A stretch of 64,000 nt of DNA, taken from contig NC_086108.1 of assembly GCF_963921235.1 (NCBI RefSeq), positions 19,654,001 to 19,718,000 of the forward strand, in the 5' to 3' direction. How positions within the stretch are numbered: the first letter of the stretch is position 1; every line of letters begins with the position of its first letter. Under the pieces are notes generated by a model that ran no database searches, was not told where the DNA came from, and worked only from the letters and a program-made list of their open reading frames with translations. Of this stretch, positions 12,057 to 25,644 are shown in pieces. The translations under genes were made by a program, and so were the position numbers. The stretch comes from Mobula hypostoma. Taxonomy: Eukaryota.

Positions 12057-13433
12057 GAGAAGACACTTGCAATTTGACATGGATTCTTGGCAAAACCTGG
12101 GAATTGTTTTTCTTTCCAACTTCATTTGTTAACTTTTGCTTCAGATGGAGAAGCATAATGATATTAATGGTTTCTGTTTGTATCCATCGACAAGTAACAT
12201 TGGATCCTATTTCCTAATATGCACACTCTTTGAATCTGCCAATTTCTTCACACTTGTAATGTGATTGACCTACTAAACTGACATAATCTCTGGCCTGCAC
12301 TGTTGAAACTTTCAGTGGGTGGAGCACCCACTTATAATTAAAAGCAAAATCTAATAAAGTGATAGTTCAACCCCATCAGGAATGCCAACTCTATCTCTGG
12401 CCGTCTTTAACATTCTGCGCCTGCAGAGGCTGAGTTCATTTCACATTACAACACACAAGTGGAATTTTTATCCTATTAATCTATGCTGGCTCAGGATTGT
12501 TTACCTTCACTGTATTTCCTCTGTGACATTGTATTCTGCAATCTGTTATTGTATTACCTTGAACTATGTCAATGCACTATTCTAATGCATTGATTTGTAT
12601 GAACAGTATGTAAGACAACCTTTCGATATACCTTGGTACATGTGATAATAAGCCAATTCCAATTAAGCTGAGAGTCAACAGCGTGTACTATGGTGGGAGG
12701 AGAGGGAATGGCCATATCACTGGGTCTAGTATTGTGGGCAAAGAGGAGATGGTATATCACAGGTCATGGTATGGTGGGAGGAGAGAATGGGCGTGTCTGG
12801 GCAGTAATTAGCAGAAGGAAAGTTAAGCAGAGGTTGTCCAGACTGGACTGCAAAACCTACTTCAGGTGAACAACAGGAACAACTGAAATCAGTTGCTTGT
12901 AAATTCTCGTGTAACAAAAATTCTTGACTGTCAGTGCATTTAATGTCTTGTGGTTTTGAAAGGTCCTGAGGAAAGATTTGAAGTTGATTTAAATGGATTG
13001 TTGGCAACGTTGGTATTGACACAGCAGACTGGAATGTTGCTGAGCAGACAAACCTCTGCCACTAAATATTTACTTAGTGTTAACTTATCAGGCAGCTCTT
13101 GAATTTTTTTGGTTGTCACCCATTTTGTGACTTTGTTTTTGTTCTTTTTCTATGGCTTGTAATGCATTTCAGACTCCTAACCCTTTCTGGCCCTGGTAAC
13201 AGATTAGGATGAGTAGGATTGAATTGCTTGCTGCCAGCTTGCCTCTGGTGGGAGGTGACTGTTGTGTGGGGAATGCAAGAATTGCAGTTTCTCTTTCCTC
13301 AGTTCTCAAAAGGCAACTTGTATGCACAGTGAATTAAAAAAAATCAATCCACTTTCCCTATCTTGAGCCATTTTTGCCCTTTTACCTTTATTTCCTACGG
13401 CATTGTTCAGTGATTCAAGTAGTTTGCTTAAAA

Positions 13434-13968
13434 GCACGGTAGTGTAGTGGTTGGTGTGACACTGTTTCAGCTTGGAACATCCTGAAGTTCAAAGTTCAAT
13501 TCTGGCACCGTTTTGTAAGGAGTCTCTGTACATGCGTGGGGTTTTCTCCGGGTCCTCTGGTTTCCTTCCACAGTCCAAAGATGCTCGTAGGATGGGGGGA
13601 GAGGCAGAACGAGCCTCTTGTTAGATTTGGAGTAGGCGAGAGGAGGGAAGCTGGAAGCCAGCAGCAGACAGGCAGTGATTTGGCCACCACTGCTGGCCCA
13701 CCAACTGGAGAGTGTCGTGGTTAAGTGTCGAAACACTGGGTGAAGGTTGGGAACCACCTGATGACATCTGCTCCTGGCTGAAGGCTACGGTTACCTTATA
13801 AGGTAACTGGAGAATGCACCCTAACAGGTGTATGTAACAAGTACTGGGTGAATTAATTTGGTCTTTATAAATAGTCCTGTGATAAGGGTAGGGTTGTCGG
13901 TGGTCGCTGGGGCACTGTGGCTCAGAGATGGAAGGACCCACACTGCACTGTATCGCTAAATAAAATAA
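13434..13968 (+). mobile_element. V-SINE interrupted by a ~260-bp insert (~13590-13845)
   Basis: Head GCACGGTAGTGTAGTGG, B-box-like AGTTCAATTC and V-domain GGGTTTTCTCCGGGTCCTCTGGTTTCCTTCCACAGTCCAAAGA. The tail resumes near 13848 and ends TAAATAAAATAA. Confidence 0.75.
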
Positions 13969-15469
13969 CTTGCATCAGCAGGGTATTTGTTAACAAAATG
14001 CACTCGTGTCTCCCTGCATGCTGCGTGCTGGGAAATTGTCTTCAGTAAGGTTGTACTAACTTCTGGAAACCTGATATTTCCCTCACCTCTTGGTGGCCTG
14101 GTATCGCCTGCTGGAGTCCCTGGCCTCGCCTTCACTCAACCTGAGATACCATAATCTTATACTGTATTCTGGTTGGTGGATCTCATTCAGGCCCTTCAAG
14201 GAAAGAATTCTGTTTTTACTCTACTCCAGCTCCAACCCTAAGAATTTCTCCGTTTCAGCCCGTGGGTAACTGTTGGTTTGGTGTATGTGGGTGCACACAT
14301 ATGTGCCGTAGTGGATTAGGCTGGGCTTCCCCTGGTTTTTTAAATTGTCTTCATTTTGCTTGCTATTGGACACCCATGGTCTTTAATAAAAACTGGTCTC
14401 CTGTTGGCAGCCTCTCACTTTTGAATGCTTTGTGTGATAGAGCCTTAACAAATATTTCCAGGTATTAGATTGTGAAAGGATCTGCCACAATTGCCGTGAC
14501 ACTGCATGATCTTTGAGATTTGCAGTCTTTAATTTGGGAAGTAAACAAGGATGCCTGGGGCTAAATAGGCTGCTTTTGTTTGTCTAGAAGCTCAGTTACC
14601 AGGGCACCAACAAATCTGTTATGTGTGGTGGGGTGTGCAGATTCCGATTTCATTAAATATACAATGTTAAGACTTTCATAATTATTACATGGCCATTACA
14701 TAGATTTAAAAAAGTTATGTTTGTGTGGGCTGGAGAATGAGGGGCTGGAGGTGTGGGAGTTAAAGATCTCAGCTGTTCTACCTGTGTGTATTGTCTTTGT
14801 TCTCTATGTTGAATAAGCAGAAATGAAATGTTTATAAACTGTTGAGAGGCGATCTTTCACATGGGTCTGAATGGAATGTGATCCTCTCCACAGAAGTTTG
14901 CAGAATATTCAGAGAAGGTAGGTGATCCAAACCTAATGTGTGGCCCTTGGTTTATGTATTGTTTGAAACGACAGGGAAAGCCCACACTGGCCAGTAATGG
15001 AGCCATAAACAATGACTCTGAAGTTGCATAGCTTTTGGTATTTGTAGCCCTAATAACTTTTGCTTCTGTGCAACCCACTTCATTGTTAACACATTCTGCA
15101 GCAATGGGAATTAATGAAGTTATTTAGGGTAGGTGTTGCATTTTTATTTTGAAACACCTCAAGCTGGGAGTTTTCTTTTTTTTGTTTGAAGTTCAGTGTT
15201 TGCCGATTTGGCAAACTGTGACTGGTCATTGCCAGCAAATGCCCAACGTCCTTGGTAATGAATGACCAGTTAGTATTTCATGAGAGCAGAGTCTTGACAG
15301 ACACTGCGAAAGACAAGACACTACAGTCCTCATCTTTGAACAGTCATAGACGTGAGATAAAGGAGCAATAGAAAATGCAGCAGGGATCAACCATGTGACT
15401 GTTTTCAAGGACAGTGAGGCTGATCTCATCTTTGCCTGCAGCTCCACTTTTATGCCTGCTAGTTGCACC

Positions 15470-16960
15470 CTTTGACTCTCCAAGAGACCAAAAACCTGTC
15501 AACTTAAGCCTGGAGTATTCAAAGAGTCAGCCTCCAGAGCGCTCTGGGCTCGGGAAATCTGAAGATTCATGATACCTAAGTTTTTCTTCAGCTCCCTCTT
15601 GAAGAAGAAATCCCTTTCCCCTGAGCACTTCATGAGGAGAGTCTTCTGTTCAGTTTAAGTTATCAGCCCCCCTCTCTCAGAATCTTCTGTTTCAGGAAGA
15701 TCATCTCCTTTTTCTAAGCTCTTATTCCTGCTCAACCTGCTGAATCTTTTTTCATATAATGATGGCTTCGTTCAAGGAGTCAACCAAGTACAAACATTTG
15801 TAAATTTTCCCTAAAACTCCTTCCATTGCAAGAAGATAGCTCCTCAAATGACCAAACCTGTATGCAATGCTTCAGTTGTTGTGGCCTCACAAATAGCCAG
15901 AATGGTTGTACCAGTATTTCCTCCCTTGTACAATCTGTCCCCACTCCAATACAGGCCAGCATTCTGTTTGCCTTCTCTTTTATTTGTCATAACTTCATAC
16001 CAACTTTGAGGCTCCACATAAGGACACCCTGAACACTCTGCTGTTGTGTTGAGCAGTTGCTTTCCATTTAATATTCTGCTTTTATGTTCTTCCTACCAAA
16101 GTGGACAATTCTCCACCTGCCAAACCACTGCTCAACCATTCTACGTCTCCCTACAGATTTTCTGCATACACATCATGCCTTGTTTTCTACCTTGCTGTGT
16201 GTCTTTAGCAGACTTGGCTGAAATGTACAGTACTTGGTCTCTTCATCCAAGTCATTAATGGAAGAAGGCAAATAGTTGACCTTGCTGCCTGATCCCTGTG
16301 GCATTCTTGCCAACCTGAAAATGGCCTGATTTATTTTCTGTTATTTAGCCAATCCTCTTTCCATGCTTGTGTGTCACATCTAATGGTTTTGTGAAATTAA
16401 ACTTTGTTTCACTGTACTGAATGCCCCCTGGAAATACAACTATTAATAGTTACTCATTTCCCCCATTTTATGCTGCTCTTTACATTGTTTAAAAATCCCT
16501 CAAGAATTTTTTGAACACTACTTCCCTTCAATCGGTGTTGTACACAATGTTTAACAGTATAATGGTATGCCAAATGACCTGCTAATCCATTTTAGATGGT
16601 GAATTGAGCAACACAAAATGCTGGTGGAACTCGGCGTCTGTGGAGGGAACTGAACATTTGGTGATTCATCTCAGCCTAAAATGTCAATTTCCCTCAATAG
16701 ATGCTGCCTGACCTGCTCAGTTCCTCCAGCATTTTATATGTTTTGTTCAAGATTTCCAGAATCTACAGAATCTCTTGTGTGTTTGTTTCATTTTTCCCAA
16801 AAAGAAAAATCGGTATAACTGATTTTTTTTTTTTCCTTTTTCCCTCCCACCTTCCTTGAAAACAGACATGACAATTAGGATTTTCCAAATCCTTAGAGAT
16901 CTTTTTCCAATCCAGAAAATTTTGGGCAATCAGAATCACTGTCTATCCGGCATCCAAGAA
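15470..16960 (-). mobile_element. Old, highly decayed CR1 LINE with a Penelope-derived hairpin inserted at ~16610-16780
   Basis: Remnants LVRPQ.L.HCIQVWS (15780-15962) and W.I..V.SVFKEGGREK (16747-16929). Confidence 0.6.
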
Positions 16961-18114
16961 GGGTCCAACAGATATCAATCTTATAGTCTCATTGGATTTG
17001 GAGGTAATTATTAAACAGTAATTATCTGTGTTTAAAGGTTCTGGGCTTTCTCTAGGTTGATGTAGTATTTGTTCGAAGGCTTTCCCATTTGCTTGTTTCC
17101 TGACAAGCTCAGGGATCATTGGTTTTTAAATTTCTTTCATTTTCTCTTTACTAATTTGGAGAATGAAGAATGGATGATCCTCCACACGAGTGTTGGAAGG
17201 CCACACAGATTAATCGACATGGGATCCAATTAGACCAGAGAGGAATTTAGAAGAAAAACACTGTGGCAGACCTTCTCTGTATAGATTTGATTTGTTTTCC
17301 CACAAGATCTTGCTCCCATTGGGGTCTGAGATATCATTTTCCAGTGGGAGCTTGGCTCCCAATAGATGGGGGCAGTGTGGAGCCCTTCCAGTCCAAGTAG
17401 AGAGTTGCAATGTAACCCCACCTATTTACTACCCCCTTCTTTCCCCCCCCCCCAGCTACCAAACCTGCACTTAAATGGAATGGCTATTTTGCATCACAGT
17501 TTTTGTGATCAAGTAATTTAAAAAGATTGAGTTAAGACTAAAGCGTGTACATGCTGAAAATTATTAGAATGTTAAAACTGATTTAATTGAATCAAAAATA
17601 TTTACTTCTCTGATTTATCTCGTTGAATAGACTTGGTCTACTTCTGGTTTATTAACCTTGCCTAGGTTCAATGGATGACCTACTCTGGCCCAAGAGAAGG
17701 GACATCTGCAGATTGGTATCCATGGGAAGTGCAACCAGCCAGTCTGGATGTCATGGGCTGGCTCTCTGTTCAGTGGATGGCTGCACTCAAGCCACCACAA
17801 GGAAATTGCCCAATTATGGGCATTGCCATTGACAGATGAAACATTGGTGCCAACAGAAGAGTTGCCCCATTAAAGCGTGTCTGACTTTGGTTCTGAGGCA
17901 CATGAGTATTTCACTTGCTTGTTCTGTTGTACATCATTTTCAATCCTTGGTCTGTTTTTGTGGGATTTTGCGAGGCTGTTGAGTTGCCTGATAATTTAAA
18001 TCTGTCAGTGAGAAATGTAGATATGCAGCTGGTTGTACACGTGGAACACACTGAAGTTTGGAAGTGATAAAATAATTAATTTGGATAAGTTCTGAGGGGG
18101 GATACAACCAGAAA

Positions 18115-19920
18115 TTTAGACCCATCAGGTGTACTCTGCCATTTAATCATGGCCAAGTTTTCAAATCTCTTCTTTGCCTTCCTGCAAACCTTAATGCCCC
18201 CCCTTACTGGTCAAGAACCTATCAATTTCTACCTTAAATAACCACCCAATGACTTGGTCACTATCCTCTGTAGCAATGAATTCCATAGATTCACTGCTGT
18301 CTGACTAAAGTAACTCCTCATCTGGGTTTAAATGACTGTCCCTTTATTGTAAAGCTGTGTATTCAGCTGTATATAAATAAAAACATAGAAGACCTACAGC
18401 ACAATACAGACCCTTTGGCCCACAAAGCTGTGCCAAACATGTCCCTACCTTGGAACTACCGAGGCTTACCCATAGCCCTCTATTTTCTAAGCTCCATGTA
18501 CCCATCCAGGAGTCTCTTAAAAGACCCTATCGTTTCTGCCTCCACTATCGCAGCCGGCAGACCATTCCACACACTCACCACTCCCTGCGTTAAAAAATTT
18601 AACCCCTGACATCTCCTCTGTACCTACTTCCAAGCACCTTAAAATGATACCCTCTCGTGCTAGCTATTTCATCCCTGGGGAAAAGCTTCTGACTATCCAC
18701 ATGATCAATGCCTCTCATTGTCTTGAACACCTCTATCAGGTCTTCTCTCATTCTCCGTTGCTCCAAGGAGAAAAGGCTGAGTTCACTCAACCTATTCTCA
18801 TAAGGCATGCTCCCCAATCCAGGCAACATCCTTGTAAATCTCCTCAGCACCCTTTCTATGGTTTCCACGTCATTCCTGTAGTGAGGCAACCAGAGTTGAG
18901 CACAGTACTCCAAGTGGCGACTGACCAAGATCCTATATACCTGCAACACTACCTCTCGGCTCTTAAACTCAATCCGACGATTGATGAAGGCCAATGCACT
19001 GTATGCCTTCTAAACCACAGAGTCAACCTGCGCAGCAGCTTTGAGTGTCCATGTCCACTCTGTCCAAGCCTTTCAGTATTCCACAGATTTCAATGATATG
19101 TTCTTCCCACCCCCACCCCTTCCCCAATCCTTCAGAACTCCATTGATTTCAGGCACAGATGTAGAACGTTTTTCATACCTGAAGCCTTTCATTCCCTGAT
19201 TCATCCGTGTGAACCTTCTGTACAATCTCTCCAGGGCCACGCATCTTTGCACAGATGTGGGGCCCAAAAATTGCTCAGAGTATTGCAAATTCAGTCTGAA
19301 CAACACCCTCAAAACACCCTTGCTTTTATATTCCAGTCCTCTTGAAATGGATGCAAATGTTACCTCAGTTGTTCTGCAGACTCCCTGCCTGGCTCTCATC
19401 TGCAAACTTGGCCACAATGCCATTTGCTACTTCATCCAGGTCATGAGTGTAGAAAGAGTAAAATTGTGGTCCTAACACTAACCCCTGTGGATCGCCACAA
19501 ATCACTGGTAGCCATCCTGGAAAAGCCCCCTTTATTTCCTCCTTTTGCCAATTATCTGATCTTCTCTCCCTCTGCTAGTACCTTGCCTCTAAAACTGTGT
19601 GCTCTTATTTAGCAGGCTTGTGTGTGGCACCATGCCAAAATCCTTCTGAATATCCAGGTAAACACCATCCACTGGCTGTCCTTTGACTAACCTGCTTATT
19701 ACCTTCTCAAAGAATCCAACAGATTTGTCAGGCAGTTTGTCTCCCCTTAACAGAGGGGTTCCCAATTTATAGTCCATGGACCACTCATCCGCATAGAGAA
19801 GGTTGGGAATCCCTGCCTCAATGAAACTCGGGCCTATTTTATCATGTATTTTGAAGTACTTTCAAATTTCATCCTTAACAATGGACTATAAAATCTTACT
19901 GGACTATAATTTCCTGTCTG
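18115..19920 (-). mobile_element. Older CR1 LINE fragment hosting a younger CR1 and a hAT MITE
   Basis: 3' UTR at 18115-18360; RT remnants GLEYKSK...ERLYRRFTRM (19073-19423) and PVDGVYLDIQK.F..VPH (19589-19777). Confidence 0.75.
18380..19050 (-). mobile_element. Younger 5'-truncated CR1, nested
   Basis: ORF 18599-18994 AFINRRIEFKSREVVLQVYRILVSRHLEYCAQLW; very similar to the copy at 32320-32990. Confidence 0.9.
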
Positions 19921-20080
19921 CAGCCTCCTTTCATTCTTAAACGAATATAACCCTGTGAGAGCGAGGTCCAGACACCTCAGCAGGAGGAACATTACACCTG
20001 CATCTACATTGTCAAGTTAATAGAGGCACCAGTCTGTAAAATCTCATTGCCTATGACAAACCTGACAAATTTGGAATCAA

Positions 20081-20200
20081 CAGGAATTCTGCAGATGCTG
20101 GAAATTCAAGCAACATACATCAAAGTTGCTGGTGAACGCAGCAGGCCAGGCAGCATCTATAGGAAGAGGCGCAGTCGACGTTTCAGGCCGAGACCCTTCG
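20081..20200 (-). mobile_element. Penelope-like pLTR fragment with truncated hammerhead motif
   Basis: 8-bp TSD GGAATCAA at 20073-20080 and 20201-20208. The minus strand reads GAAGGGTCTCGGCCTGAAACGTCGACTG. Confidence 0.75.
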
Positions 20201-20711
20201 GGAATCAATCTGATTCATATCTAGTGATGTCCTCCTTGGCAAGTAAGTCAGTGCTCTGGTGAGGAGCTGACGTAGGTCTCTGGTTTCACTTTGTCATTAA
20301 TTACAATTTCATCAGACTTGCACAACTCCACCTTGGGTACTATCACCCACGCCAATATTCTGTAGTAAATTGTTTTGTTGTCATGTACACAAGTATAGTG
20401 AAAAAATATTTTGCATGCCATCCATACAGATCATTTCATTGCAACAGTGCATTGGGGTAGTACAAGGGAAAATAATAACAGAGCAAGTGTTACTGGTACA
20501 GAGAAGGTGCAAGGCCACAATGAGCTAGATTGTGAGGTTGGGAGTCCATTTTATTCTACCGAGGGCTGAAATTAGTCTTATCATAGCGGGATAGAAGCTG
20601 TCCTTGCACCTTAATAGAATGTGCATTCAGCTATCTATCGCCGATTTGACAAAGTAATTCCTTCCCATTTTTCTCAGTTTTAAAAAAGAAGAGCAGCCAC
20701 AGTTTTACTTG

Positions 20712-20713
20712 GA

Positions 20714-20746
<33 letters not shown>

Positions 20747-21000
20747 TATCGACTCAGGCCGAGAGGGCCAGCGTCAGGCACGATGACGGACTCTCCACTT
20801 CTCCCTCTCCCTCATCAGTGTGTTCAGTTCATCTACATTTGCTGTGCTGCTGTCTTCTTGGAGCGTGTTGACTATAGTCTTGGGAGGACGCCCAGGGTTC
20901 ATCCTTCCATGCTTGGGCTCCCATATGATGACTGGGCTGGCAGGTAGATTGGGGTAGACAGTGCCCTGCCAGTTGCAGTCTTCTCACATCAATTTGGAAA
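20712..21000 (-). mobile_element. RTE-X-like LINE 3' end with (TAG)n tail
   Basis: The minus strand encodes RRLQLAGHC...LPASPVIIWEPKHGRMNPGRPPKTIVNTL...ELNTLMRER.EWR, followed by about 11 TAG repeats. Confidence 0.7.
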
Positions 21001-22712
21001 TGTTTCTTATGCTTGTATACTCTTGTAATTGGTGACATGAAACATTAGCTGTGACAGCAAAATATGATGGTTTTCTGGCTCATATTATTCTTGATTGAAT
21101 TTTTGAATTTATAATTTGAAAATAGCTGAAACCTATTCTGATCTGGTTCAAGACAGTGACTGAGCACTCATTAACAAAAGCTGGCTTGAGCCCCAGGTTC
21201 CTGTATTTTTTCCCCTCTGTCTGCACCCCCCCCCCCAATGACACGCACCTATTGACGCCAACTGGAACGTGAAGTTTGAATGCAATCAGCTTTAGGTTTA
21301 ACTGCAACAACTTTCTTGCTAGGACCCCAAATCAGTCAGTCCATGGCTGTGCTTGGGGCTGCAAGGTTTGTGTGGTGAGTTTGATGAACAACCTCTTCAA
21401 TTCCTGTTGACGGTTTTCAAATGTTTATGTTCCTCTGTCCAGTATATGCTTTAATCTGCACACAGTCCTCAGAAACTTGATCTCTGGTAATTTGCCAAAG
21501 ATCCTAACATAGTATTTCCACTTTTAATTGTTTTGCCCTCTTTCCCACACATTAACAGCGTGTCAGTGTAATTATTATCATCTAGTTTTAGTGCATTCAT
21601 TTCTTAAAATATGCATTCCTATCATGTGAGGTTGCATTTCATCTATGTAGTTGGATGTGCATGTGGTTTAGCTGCAATACTTGGTCAAGCCTAGTGCAAC
21701 CTTCTAAGCTTTTCCTCTCGTTTCTGGTAGGTGACCACTTTGGCTGCTGTGTGTGGGACATTTCTGCGCTCCAGCAATTGTCACGTGTTCATGCGCCTAG
21801 GGGTGGGGGAGAGATAGAAACGAGGTGAAGCATCCTTTTATTTGGCTTGCTACTCAGATCATATTCAGAAGGTGTGGTTGTGGTTTACACGGAGGCTGAA
21901 GTGGGCTCAGAGTACCTTCAGGCTAAAGTTGACTTGTACTTTAGCACTGTTTGAGACTGATGTAATTAATATGAAATGGCAGTCTCTTACTTAATTTCTC
22001 TAATTGTACTTCTGTATTTACAGTGCAATTGTGTAAAGCTTTCTTCCTTTATGTGAAACTAATAGAGAGAAGTGCTGTTTCTAACGAGTTTTGTTTTTGA
22101 GCGGAGGGGTGGGACATAATTCTCGTAACTTGTTGCATTTTTATTGGGACCAGTGTTTCAATGAGCTTTGTGTAGTTTAGGTTGGTGCCAGAAGATGGGA
22201 CTTGAGTGACAATTTTGCCACGTTCGTTAATGGCCTCTGTTGGCCTGTTAACAGAGCTGAAGCAAGTGGTTCAAACCCACTTCCTGTTCACACACTCCAG
22301 CAACATCAGAAATCGGTAGTGTCTCCAGATTTTGAGTGAGGTATAATGCAGAATAACTTTGTTCAACGTGATGTAGAATGAGTGGAATTGAGATTTGTGT
22401 TTTGTCCACTACTGAGTGTGACGAAGGCCCGTCACTAACTACGGATGGCACATGGTGCACTCAGTAAAACACTCATCCCCAGCAGTAATGGTGACTGGGT
22501 CTGAACCAGAGCTGCTGCATGGAGCTGTCTCATATCGAGGCAGCAGCAACCTGCACAGGTGTGCTGATGGTGGAGGATACCATCTTTAATTGGATAATTG
22601 AGTTAATTAGCTTTTGGTTGGTCTAGGGGGAGGAGCTTAGCAGTTATAAACCTCAGATTATCAAGGCTTTGGAGTTGGTTTTCTTTTGTGTTTAGTCTGA
22701 GGGTGGTGCGTG

Positions 22713-22715
<3 letters not shown>

Positions 22716-22792
<77 letters not shown>

Positions 22793-22869
22793 ATGTATGT
22801 GTGTGTATATGTGTGTGTGTATATGTGTGTATATATATGTGTGTATATGTATGTATATGTATATATATA
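22716..22869. repeat. Compound microsatellite (CT)n(AT)n(GT/GTAT)n
   Basis: Directly visible in the sequence. Confidence 0.97.
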
Positions 22870-24136
22870 GTTTTTTTTCAGTTTTTGTCTTGAGGTAAAT
22901 AGTAAATAAAAGCACCTCAATCTATTTTTGTGACTCAAGCCATCTGGTTATTTTTCTTAAACAATTGACCCACAGTTTTTTGTGACACTGAGTGACGGGA
23001 GGGTGTTGCAGGCTGAAACCAGGAGTACTCTAGCTACACAACACTTCCTGTTGCTGCATCCATTGCCATGACATCAGATTGTCATTTCCAGAGTGAGTTT
23101 TAATTAACAGCATCAAGCTGTTCATATAAAAGGGACCTTGAACACAGTGTTTAAATAAAGTAATGGCAGAGCTGCTACTGGTGTGGACGGTTTGCATTTG
23201 TTCCCTGGGTAAATTTTCCAGTAGAGTTTGTCAAATGGAAATGTTACTGACTGTAGCACTGTACATAGACACACTGTAAGTTGAAGGGAAAGATATCAAT
23301 GACCGGATTTCTCAGAACAGATGAATAAATCTGTGGCACATGCTGTAGAATAGAATGTGGGCAAAACATTTGAGTTGAATAGGGGATGGAGATGCTGAAG
23401 CCAACAGGAGGGTGGAGGGGCAGGGGAAACTTGCCTGTTCAGCTCAGTGGTTACAAAGGCATTGTAGTGACTGTAGATTTCTGGGTGCTGTTCCTCACAA
23501 GGCAAATAAGAGGGAGAGTAAGCCCCAGAGGACGCTTTGTTGAAGACAGTCACTTTGCAGTTAACTCCAGTGGCTGGTACCTAGTCATACATAGAGCACA
23601 TTATTTTTACCGTCTTGCCCTCTTTTTGGATTAAAATAATGTTTTTACATAAAACTGCGTAGTACTGTAGTAACTATGTATTGCACAGTACTGCTGCCAA
23701 AAAAATTCACTGCAGATGTGAGAGATGATAAACCTGATTCTGATATGGGTCCCCATTGTGGACTGAGTGTGGGAAGGGGGCAGGGAGAGGGGAATTGAGG
23801 TTGGGAAATGAGGGAAGGGAGGGAATCGGGAAGGGAAAGGGCAACCGGGGTTGGGAAATGGGGGAAGGGAGCAGGAAGCACCAGAAAGATGTTCTATAAT
23901 GATTAATAAGCTCATTGTTTGGAATCAAATTACCTTGCCTGGTGTCTCGGTGCTGGGTGTGTCTGCACCCACACCACCCTCCACTCCTGGCCCTACTTCT
24001 CTGCCACCTGTCCCACACTCCTCCCATGGTGTTGCACCCTTGCCATTCCCAACATCCTTTGCTCCTGCCAGATTTACAAACTTGCTCTCCGTTCCATGTT
24101 GACAAATACAATACTGTGCAAAATTCTAACTACATA

Positions 24137-25435
24137 CAGTGCCTGTATAAAAAGTATTCACACCCCCCCTTGGGGGCTTTCATGCTTTATTGTTTTACAA
24201 CATTGAATCACAGCAAATGTAATTTGGCTCTTTTTGACACTTGGATCAACAGAAAAAGATGTGTCAAAGTGAAGACAGATCTCTACCAAGTGATCTAAAT
24301 TAGTTAGATATATAAAACAAAATAATTGCATAAGTGTTCACCCCCTTAAAGTCAGTCTTTAGTAGATGCATTTTTGGCAGTAATTACAGCCTTGAGTCTG
24401 TGTGAATAGGTCTCTATCAGCTTTGCACATCTGGGCACTGCAATTTTTCCCCATTCTTCTTTACAAAACTGCTCAAGCTCTGTCAGATTCATGGGGATCA
24501 TGAGTGAACAGTCTTTTTCAAATCCAGCCACAAATTTTCAATTGGATTGAGGTCTGGATTGTAACTTGGCCATTCCAGGACATTAACTTTGTTTTTAAAC
24601 AATTCCTGTGTAGCTTTGGCTTTATGCTTGGGGTCATTGTCTTGCTGAAAAACAAATCTTCTCCCAAGTCGCAGTTCTCTAGTAGAATGCATCAGATTTT
24701 CCTCCAGGATTTCCCTGTATTTTGATGCATTCATTTTACCCTCTACCTTCACAAGCCTTCTAGGGCCTGCTGCAGTGAAGCATTCCCACAGCATGATGCA
24801 GCCACCACCATGCTTCACAGTAGGGACAGTGTGTTTTTGTGGTGCAGTGTTTGGCTTATGCCAAACAGTGTTTAGTTGGAGGGCCAAAAAGCTCAATTTT
24901 TGTTTCATCAGAGCATGGAATCTTCTTCCAGCTGACTCCAGTCTCCCACATGCCTTCTGGCAAACTCTAGTTGAGATTTCATGCGAGTTTTTTTCAACAG
25001 TGGCTCTCATAAAGCTGCAACTGGTGAAGCACTTGTGCAACAATTGTACGTGCAGTCTCTCCCATCTCACTTTGAGGATGGCCTGCTCGAGGCAGATGTA
25101 CAGCTGTCTTGTTTTTTCCATTTCTTGATGATTGACTTAACTGTACTGCAAGGGATATTCAATGACTTGGAAATTTTCTTGTATCCATCTCCTGACTTGC
25201 GCTTTTCAATAACCTTTTTGCAGAGATGCTCGGAGTGTTCTTTTGTCTTCATGGTGTAGTTTTTGCCAGGATACTGACTCACCAGCAGTTGGACCTTCCA
25301 GATACAGGTGTATTTTTACTACAGTCAATTGAAACACCTTAACTGCACACGGGTCTCCAAAAACAGATATCCATTTAACTAGTTATGTGACTTCTAAAAC
25401 CAATTGGCTGCACCAGTGATGACTTGGTGTGTCAT
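24137..25435 (-). mobile_element. Tc1-family DNA transposon, internally deleted, one TIR lost; transposase pseudogene at 24352-25252
   Basis: TA|CAGTGCC...AAAAGTATTCACACCCCC end with an inner direct repeat at about 24327-24347 (IR/DR type). Protein remnants: MKTKEHS...GDGYKKISKSLNIP, PTVKHGGGCIMLW, FQQDNDPKH...PDLNPIENLW (D-33-E here versus canonical D34E) and AVITAK..STK*. Confidence 0.92.
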
Positions 25436-25644
25436 TTTGTGTACTTAAGACTTCTGCAAAGAACTGCAAGCAATCCAGTTATTGAGAGGGATACATATAT
25501 AAACGTGAGTTTACTCTGACACCCCTTGCCCTCATTTCCAGACTCCGACAAACTTGTGCTCTGTTTGATTCATAGGTCACCACACCTGTGCCTATAAATG
25601 AAGCTGCTTGTTACTGCAGCACACATATCCTGCCACTGACCGAA

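Noticed and set aside
22661..22938. Low-complexity ORFs (YIYI/ERER)
   Set aside because: They are translations of a microsatellite.
23768..23780. CSL/RBPJ site (TGTGGGAA) suggesting Notch autoregulation
   Set aside because: A single short motif inside a repeat-derived tract, with no paired site; expected by chance.
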